Assembly (NCBI RefSeq): GCF_000299365.1
Contig: NC_018655.1
Span: forward strand, 30,001 to 62,000
DNA from: Candidatus Nitrosopumilus koreensis AR1
Lineage (GTDB): Archaea > Thermoproteota > Nitrososphaeria > Nitrososphaerales > Nitrosopumilaceae
Direction of reading: 5' to 3'
Length of the DNA stretch: 32,000 nucleotides
Position 1 is the first letter of the stretch. Every line of letters begins with the position of its first letter. A program made the translations under genes and the position numbers. Positions 26,446 to 32,000 of this stretch are shown piece by piece. A model generated the notes under the pieces. That model made no database searches. It was given only the letters and a program-made list of their open reading frames with translations, and had not been told where the DNA came from.

Positions 26446-27849
26446 TTAATTAAAACTAGCTATCTCTTCATTTTTCTTATTTTTGGACACAAAAAATCTA
26501 TTCCAACAATAATATAATGCACGTTCATACGTATTTGGAATTCTTTTGTATTTTATATGGCAACCAATATCTACTAAACTCCAATGAGCTTTTTTTGGAC
26601 CTAACAATAACCATTTTAGTAATCTTAAATCAAGTGACATCTGCAAATATTTTTCAAATTTTGAAATATCTTTTTCATTCATTATTAGTTGGGTTCCATC
26701 TCCGTTACATGGTATTGCAATAGCTATGGGTTCATCATCTTTTTTGTTATTATTTACATCTAGTCGTAAAATAATTGTAGTATCTGATGTCCAGCCAATT
26801 TTTTTTCTAACCAATTCAAAATTTTCATAAGCTTTTGGAATTAATTCTAACAATTCAGACATTTCTGGAATTTCTTCTTTTTCATAATCAAATGATTTGT
26901 TCAAAAAATTATTTTTTACATAATTTTGTTTTTCTTTAAGGTTTATTGGTTCATATTCTTTTGAAATTTGATTTTTACTGATATCAAAAAATTCATTATG
27001 ATTTAAGATTATTCCTTTATGTTTTTCTTTTGGGATGTTTTGCTTTAACCATTCAAAAGCATACTCTAATTCTGGTTCTCCTCTAAATTGATTTAATTCA
27101 TTAAATCTCCCTGTTAGAGTATATCTTCCTGCAAATGGAATATAAAATTTAGGTTCAAATAAATTAATGAAATCTTTTGTAGTCTCTAATTTTTGTTCTT
27201 GTTTCTTTTTTGATTCGATTATTTTGTCTTTGGTTTCAAGCTCAAATGTTTGTGGGTAGGATGATGCCTTAACATATCCTACTAACAATACATCAATTTT
27301 TGGATAGAGTGTTTTTACTAATTTTGCTGTATTTCTTGCAATTTGGAATGGACAATCATTAGTATTAACAATCACCTCTTTTTCATTATCGATAACTGAC
27401 ATTGTATCAATTTGTGTGGTGCCAAATTTTGCTTCTAATAGTCCACAACCCATTAATTTTCCACAAATGTTTGGATCACAATTATCTGCTGCAAGAATAT
27501 TTATGAAAACATTATTTTTTAATCTAATTCTAATATTATGTTCAAGTTCAATTACTTTGAATCCCAATTCTTCAATTTTGAATTTCAACGATTTCTCAGG
27601 AAAATTGTGAATTATGATTGGAATTTTCTTGTCAAGATTTTGTAGAGTTTGTTTGCTACAATGATCCGGATGTATATGACTTATGTAAATAAAATCTATA
27701 TCTTCAAACATCTCTGATTTGAATTCATATGGTGGGTAAATTCCCCATGAACCAAAATATTCTTCTCCGATTAACCATGGATCGCAAAGAATTTTGACAT
27801 TCTCATCTTCTATCAGAACAGATGCAGAATTTAAAGAAGTAATTTTCAT
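26446..27849 (-). CDS. metallo-beta-lactamase-fold protein with a large uncharacterised C-terminal region
   Basis: 467 aa. N-terminal MKITSLNSASVLIE...ILCDPWL and HxHxDH motif (SHIHPDH). About 230 C-terminal residues with no motif I recognise. Confidence 0.65.
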   Translation of the reverse strand: MKITSLNSASVLIEDENVKILCDPWLIGEEYFGSWGIYPPYEFKSEMFEDIDFIYISHIHPDHCSKQTLQNLDKKIPIIIHNFPEKSLKFKIEELGFKVIELEHNIRIRLKNNVFINILAADNCDPNICGKLMGCGLLEAKFGTTQIDTMSVIDNEKEVIVNTNDCPFQIARNTAKLVKTLYPKIDVLLVGYVKASSYPQTFELETKDKIIESKKKQEQKLETTKDFINLFEPKFYIPFAGRYTLTGRFNELNQFRGEPELEYAFEWLKQNIPKEKHKGIILNHNEFFDISKNQISKEYEPINLKEKQNYVKNNFLNKSFDYEKEEIPEMSELLELIPKAYENFELVRKKIGWTSDTTIILRLDVNNNKKDDEPIAIAIPCNGDGTQLIMNEKDISKFEKYLQMSLDLRLLKWLLLGPKKAHWSLVDIGCHIKYKRIPNTYERALYYCWNRFFVSKNKKNEEIASFN

Positions 27850-27868
27850 TATTTTTATCTATTCAACC

Positions 27869-27891
27869 CAGATATTTTTTAAAAATATCTG
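27869..27891. promoter_or_regulatory. 23-nt perfect palindrome cagatattttt-t-aaaaatatctg
   Basis: 11-bp arms, verified pair by pair (27869/27891 through 27879/27881). Lies downstream of the cdc48 stop (27915) and about 31 nt upstream of the MBL-fold gene ATG (27849). Could be a terminator hairpin, a symmetric TATA or an operator. Confidence 0.5.
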
Positions 27892-27914
27892 TTATTATCA
27901 TGCGATTTCTAGTT

Positions 27915-30083
27915 TTATCTATAATATGATGCTACTAGTTTTTCTCCCATCTTAAGGTCTTTTTGTTCTCTTACTTTCTTTACTGCTTCCTCAAAATGTT
28001 TCATAGTGACTTTGGCCTCAATACTGTTCTTTTCAACATCTTTTACATCTGGGTGTTTGTCTAAGTATTCGTGAATAACTAGTGATACTGCTGTGTTTGC
28101 AATAGATGCGGCATCTGCTCCACTCATTCCATCAGTAATTTCGGCAATCTTTTCTAGATCAACATCCTCTCCCATAGGAATTTTTTCAGCATTAATTTCC
28201 AGAATACGTTTTCTACTATCTTTATCTGGATTTGGTACTTGAATAATTTTGTCAAATCTGCCTGGTCTTAACAATGCTGGATCAATCATATCTGCTCTGT
28301 TTGTTGCAGCTAGCACAACGACTCCGTGCATGTTTTCCATTCCATCTAACTCTGTAAGTAATTGACTGACAACTCTTTCGGTGACTGCAGTTTCTCCTCC
28401 TGCTCCTCTAATTGGTGCAATTGAATCAATCTCATCAAAGAAAACTACACATGGTGCAGATTGTCTTGCTCTTTTGAAAATTTCTCTAATTCCTCTTTCA
28501 GATTCACCTACCCATTTGGATAACAATTCAGGACCTCTAACTGAAACAAAGTTTGCTTCACTTTGAGTTGCAACGGCTTTTGCAAGCAATGTTTTACCTG
28601 TACCACTTGGACCGTGAAGTAGTATTCCTCTTGGCATATTATGTCCTAACTTATCATATAGTGCTGGATATTTCATTGGCCATTCAACTGCTTCTTGCAA
28701 TTCACGTTTTACGTCTTCTAAACCACCAACTTCGTCCCATTTCACATCTGGATTTTCAATGAAAACTTCTCTCATTCCAGATGGAGTAACTTCAATCAAT
28801 GCCTTCTGGAAATCTTCATGGTTTACAATTAATTTATCCAAAGTTTCAGGGGGAATTTTTTCTTCTTCAAGATTTAGAATAGGTAATAATCTTCTCAAAC
28901 ACTTCATTGCAGCTTCTTTACATAGATATTCCAAGTCTGCTCCAACATACCCATGACTAACTGCTGATATCTTATCTATATTAACATCATCAGATAACGG
29001 CATATTTCTGCTGTGAATTGCAAGAATGTCTTTTCTTCCTTTTTTATCGGGAACTTTAATCTCAATTTCTCTATCAAATCTGCCTGGTCTTCTAAGTGCA
29101 GGATCAATTGCGTTTGGTCGATTTGTTGCGGAAATTACAATTACTTTACCTCTTGCTTCTAAACCATCCATTAATGATAACATTTGAGAAACAACTCTTC
29201 TCTCAACTTCTCCAGTAACCTCTTCTCTCTTTGGTGCAATAGAGTCTATTTCATCAACAAAGATAATTGAAGGAGCTTTTTCTCTTGCTTCTTTGAAAAT
29301 TTCTCTTAACCTAGCTTCACTTTCACCATAAAATTTACTCATAATTTCTGGACCTGAAATACTGATAAAGTGAGCATTACTTTCATTTGCAACAGCTTTT
29401 GCAAGCAATGTTTTACCTGTTCCTGGTGGGCCATACAACAAAACACCCTTTGGAGCTTCAATTCCTAACTTTTCAAAGATTTCAGGATGTCTTAACGGAA
29501 GTTCAATCATCTCCCTTACTTTCTTTATCTCGTCAGTTAAGCCTCCAATGTCTTCATAAGTTACTTGTGGAACTCCACGTAATGTTTCTCCTTTTTCTGC
29601 AATATGGAAAACAGTCTTTTGAGTAATCAAAACTGCATCCGCAGCCGGTGTAACTCCAATTACTTGAAAAGTTAAACGTCCACCAAAATATGGAACCATT
29701 ACATTATCCCCTTTAATCAAAGGAACGCTTTCTAAAGCATCTGCAAGATATCTCTCATCAATTGGTGGAATTGCTTCTAATGGTGCAACTACAACCTTTT
29801 CTGCAGCAACTGCTTTGATTTTTCTAACTGAAATTGTATCCCCAATTGCAATTCCTGAATTATTTCTTCCAAGTCCATCGATTCTGATAATCCCCTTTCC
29901 TTCATCAGATGGATATAGTGGAAGACATTTTGCAACTGTTCTTCTTTTACCTTTAATTTCTATAACATCACCTGTGGAGGCATTTAATGTGTCCATAGAA
30001 TCATAATCAATTCTTGCTACTCCTCTTCCAACATCTCTAGTGTATGCCTCTAGAACTTTGAGAGAGAGTGCATTTTGGCTCAT
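27915..30083 (-). CDS. cdc48: CDC48/VCP-like AAA+ ATPase
   Basis: N-domain ([13 protein letters not shown]...[10 protein letters not shown]) plus two AAA modules with Walker [16 protein letters not shown] / [15 protein letters not shown] and Walker B FVDEID / FFDEID. The track begins at TTG 30089; ATG 30083 ([10 protein letters not shown]) is more likely. Confidence 0.95.
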   Translation of the reverse strand: MSQNALSLKVLEAYTRDVGRGVARIDYDSMDTLNASTGDVIEIKGKRRTVAKCLPLYPSDEGKGIIRIDGLGRNNSGIAIGDTISVRKIKAVAAEKVVVAPLEAIPPIDERYLADALESVPLIKGDNVMVPYFGGRLTFQVIGVTPAADAVLITQKTVFHIAEKGETLRGVPQVTYEDIGGLTDEIKKVREMIELPLRHPEIFEKLGIEAPKGVLLYGPPGTGKTLLAKAVANESNAHFISISGPEIMSKFYGESEARLREIFKEAREKAPSIIFVDEIDSIAPKREEVTGEVERRVVSQMLSLMDGLEARGKVIVISATNRPNAIDPALRRPGRFDREIEIKVPDKKGRKDILAIHSRNMPLSDDVNIDKISAVSHGYVGADLEYLCKEAAMKCLRRLLPILNLEEEKIPPETLDKLIVNHEDFQKALIEVTPSGMREVFIENPDVKWDEVGGLEDVKRELQEAVEWPMKYPALYDKLGHNMPRGILLHGPSGTGKTLLAKAVATQSEANFVSVRGPELLSKWVGESERGIREIFKRARQSAPCVVFFDEIDSIAPIRGAGGETAVTERVVSQLLTELDGMENMHGVVVLAATNRADMIDPALLRPGRFDKIIQVPNPDKDSRKRILEINAEKIPMGEDVDLEKIAEITDGMSGADAASIANTAVSLVIHEYLDKHPDVKDVEKNSIEAKVTMKHFEEAVKKVREQKDLKMGEKLVASYYR

Positions 30084-30153
30084 ATACAAATGCCCTCTGT
30101 CTAATTTTTATACCTTTGTGGTAATTTCTCTAAATGACAGGTAAAAATCACAA

Positions 30154-30163
30154 GCTTAAAATC
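30154..30163 (+). promoter_or_regulatory. TATA-like box (gcttaaaatc) upstream of the uL2 gene
   Basis: Centred about 30 nt upstream of the TTG start at 30189. Pattern only. Confidence 0.35.
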
Positions 30164-30188
30164 CTCTTTACGTAGGAAACGATCAACT

Positions 30189-30923
30189 TTGGGTAAGAGA
30201 CCATTAGTAAGAAGACGTGGCCGTGGAGGAAATCAATTTAGATCTACATCTACTGGAAAAGTAGGCACCAAAGCAAACTATCCTCGTTTCTCATTATCTG
30301 AACAACATGAAGGAGAAATTATTGATCTTGTTCATGAACGTGGAAGAGAAGCACCTTTAGCTAAAGTTAGATTTGAAGATGGATCAGTATCATTTGTTCC
30401 AGCGGTTCTTGGTGCAAAAGTTGGCACAACTTTGCAATTTGGATTAAAATCAAAAATTGAAAAAGGAAATGTAATTAGCATTCAAAATATTCCTGATGGT
30501 ACTATAGTCTGTAATATTGAAAAGCACTTTGGTGATGGTGGAGCAATTGTAAAATCTGCAGGAACTGATGCAACTGTTTTCTCTCATGGTGATGAAGGTG
30601 TTACTGTTAAACTTCCTTCTGGAAAATTTACTACTCTAAATCCAAAAAATAGAGCCATGATTGGAACCCTTGCTGGAGGCGGATCTAGTGAAAGGCCATT
30701 TATGAGTGCAGGAGGTAAATGGAGAAACTTCAAAGCTAAAGGAAAGAAATATCCAATAGTCAGAGGTGTTGCTCAAGCAGCTTATGTTCACCCACACGGT
30801 GGTGGTCGTCATCAACATGTTGGGCAAAGTTCCACTGTTTCTAGAGATGCTCCTCCTGGAGCAAAAGTTGGAAGTATTGCTGCAAGAAAGACTGGTAGAG
30901 CTAGAATTAAAGAAAGAAAGTAA
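30189..30923 (+). CDS. rpl2: 50S ribosomal protein uL2 (L2/L8e)
   Basis: 244 aa. (M)GKRPLVRRRGRGG N-terminus, central SH3-like region, and YVHPHGGGRHQHVG, the uL2 signature. TTG start; the in-frame upstream region is closed by TGA at 30135 with no ATG. Confidence 0.95.
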   Translation: MGKRPLVRRRGRGGNQFRSTSTGKVGTKANYPRFSLSEQHEGEIIDLVHERGREAPLAKVRFEDGSVSFVPAVLGAKVGTTLQFGLKSKIEKGNVISIQNIPDGTIVCNIEKHFGDGGAIVKSAGTDATVFSHGDEGVTVKLPSGKFTTLNPKNRAMIGTLAGGGSSERPFMSAGGKWRNFKAKGKKYPIVRGVAQAAYVHPHGGGRHQHVGQSSTVSRDAPPGAKVGSIAARKTGRARIKERK

Positions 30924-30973
30924 TTTTCTATTTGACCCAAAATTGATTAATAGCTCCAAACAATCTTTGTTAA

Positions 30974-31252
30974 ATGTCAAATCAACGAATTAGACTTTTT
31001 GTAACAGGTAGAGTTCAAGGTGTTTTTTTTCGTCAGACGTTGAAAACAAGAGCAATACAAAATGATGTTTTTGGATGGGTAAAAAATCTCAAAGACGGTC
31101 GTGTTGAGGCTGTTTTAGAAGGAGATGAAGAAAATGTCAGCCGTCTAGTTGAGTGGGCTCATGGTGGCCCTGCAAATGCGATAGTTGAAGATGTAGAAAT
31201 CCGTAATGAAAAATTTACTGGCGAATTTTCAAAGTTTGATGTTTTGTATTAA
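30974..31252 (+). CDS. acyP: acylphosphatase
   Basis: 92 aa. VTGRVQGVFFRQ and GWVKNLKDGRVEAVLEG are the acylphosphatase signatures. Confidence 0.9.
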   Translation: MSNQRIRLFVTGRVQGVFFRQTLKTRAIQNDVFGWVKNLKDGRVEAVLEGDEENVSRLVEWAHGGPANAIVEDVEIRNEKFTGEFSKFDVLY

Positions 31253-31581
31253 TGAATTTGTTCGTATGCTTCTTTAATCAAATCGCCAAATTCAGAAATT
31301 TGTTGGTCTTTATTGATTTGAATAATTCCTACAGGTTCTTTTCTATTCTTCTGAATTTTTATGATCACACCTTCTTTTTGAGGCTCTATGTCTGTAAACC
31401 ATCGAAATGTCATTGATTTGCAAAAAACAACTCTGTGCATTCTGACATCTTCAACCACATTTTCTCCTAAACCAAAACAAAATTCTCTAATTGAATCAAA
31501 AAGCGGTAATACTTGAGTGGGAATTTGTTTTCTAAACTCTTCATAACTTCTTTTGTTTCCAAATGAAATCATTCCTTCCAT
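31249..31581 (-). CDS. hypothetical protein (possibly DUF5655-like)
   Basis: 110-aa ORF with plausible coding composition. Its TTAA stop is shared with acyP. No catalytic motif recognised, and the domain guess is weak. Confidence 0.5.
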   Translation of the reverse strand: MEGMISFGNKRSYEEFRKQIPTQVLPLFDSIREFCFGLGENVVEDVRMHRVVFCKSMTFRWFTDIEPQKEGVIIKIQKNRKEPVGIIQINKDQQISEFGDLIKEAYEQIH

Positions 31582-31605
31582 GAATTTGTAAATCTGAATT
31601 TAGAA

Positions 31606-31634
31606 CAGGGCACGGCTGGCACCCCGATCCTACC
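31606..31634. other. unexplained GC-rich island (cagggcacggctggcaccccgatcctacc; 21 of 29 nt G/C)
   Basis: Stands out in an AT-rich intergenic spacer between two minus-strand genes. Contains ggcac twice as a direct repeat. I could not fold a tRNA cloverleaf or a hairpin from it. Confidence 0.4.
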
Positions 31635-31674
31635 TACTACCAATTTTTCTAAAACAAAGTATGCTATATTTGCA

Positions 31675-32000
31675 TTAGGTTTGATTCTCTTTTAGTTTCA
31701 ATACCATGTTGCAAACTGAGCATACATTTCCTGTACAATCATTGCCGCATTTCTTACAAATCATTTTTTCTTTATAGTTTGTTTCTTTTACGATGTTTGA
31801 TACTCTGAGAACTGATTGATACAAATTATTTTTAATTCCACTATGTTGTTTTTCTAATGAATTTAGAAATTCACGAATTTCTGTTCTTATTCCCTCATTC
31901 ATGTGAGGACAAGGTTCTGATTGAAATGGAATGTTATTTGTAAATGCATAAAATACTATTTCTGATTCGTATATCTCACAAAATGGTTTGATTTTTCTTA
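31675..32000 (-). CDS. PP-loop ATPase of the TtuA/NcsA (Ctu1) tRNA 2-thiolation family, C-terminal part (N-terminus beyond the window)
   Basis: The track lists only 31675..31902, from an internal Met. The frame stays open to 32000: ...RKIKPFCEIYESEIVFYAFTNNIPFQSEPCPHMNEGIRTEIREFLNSLEKQHSGIKNNLYQS...CKKCGNDCTGNVCSVC. The KP(F/L).E.E(I/V)..YA...IP....CP......R..I..FL..LE pattern and terminal Cys cluster fit TtuA/NcsA. Confidence 0.55.
   Translation of the reverse strand, partial: RKIKPFCEIYESEIVFYAFTNNIPFQSEPCPHMNEGIRTEIREFLNSLEKQHSGIKNNLYQSVLRVSNIVKETNYKEKMICKKCGNDCTGNVCSVCNMVLKLKENQT

Noticed and set aside
28576-29420. 26-nt identical segment gcttttgcaagcaatgttttacctgt at 28576-28601 and 29395-29420
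   Set aside because: Both copies encode the Walker A region (TGKTLLAKA) of the paralogous D2 and D1 AAA modules of CDC48. Strong protein conservation plus strong codon bias, or intragenic gene conversion, explains it without a separate element.
30636-30980. 114-aa minus-strand and 75-aa plus-strand ORFs overlapping rpl2
   Set aside because: They are shadow frames of the uL2 gene, with no start context or motifs.
31606-31634. GC-rich island as a tRNA, a tRNA half or a sigma-54-type (TGGCAC) promoter
   Set aside because: No acceptor, T-arm or anticodon-arm pairing could be drawn. The GGCAC motifs lack the TTGC partner, and sigma-54 is not an archaeal system. It is kept only as an unexplained island.

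Overview
AT-rich, very gene-dense archaeal chromosome segment with short or overlapping intergenic regions. The gene set (aIF2-alpha, GatD/GatE, CDC48, Sm-like protein, RadB-like ATPase, Lhr helicase, archaeal uL2), a CbiX/CbiG/CbiD-type cobalamin cluster and a bacterial-type grpE-dnaK-dnaJ operon together suggest a Nitrosopumilus-like ammonia-oxidising thaumarchaeon. That lineage call is inference, not a database hit. All product calls rest on motifs I recognise in the supplied or hand-made translations; no searches were run. I count 31 protein-coding genes. Two run off the window edges and are missing from the ORF track: aIF2-alpha at 1..770 and a TtuA/NcsA-like gene at 31675..32000. There are also two tRNAs, Gln-UUG and Leu-CAG, and two candidate small ORFs below the track's size cut-off. 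I found no transposase, integrase, CRISPR array or recognisable defence genes, so this looks like core genome rather than an accessory island. The points most worth a second look: (1) an ABC-2 transporter whose ATPase is split by a -1 frame change at an A6 run, and whose permease has 64 coding-like N-terminal codons with no canonical start; (2) an uncharacterised locus with two complementary, incomplete UDP-sugar-dehydrogenase-like proteins flanking a DUF354 gene; (3) perfect repeats around the dnaK/dnaJ junction, namely an 18-nt tandem array and a 21-nt direct repeat that is in frame in both genes; (4) bacterial-type MetK, a fused two-domain CbiX, an isolated uL2 gene with a TTG start, TTAA shared-stop convergent gene pairs, a 23-nt perfect palindrome and an unexplained GC-rich island.
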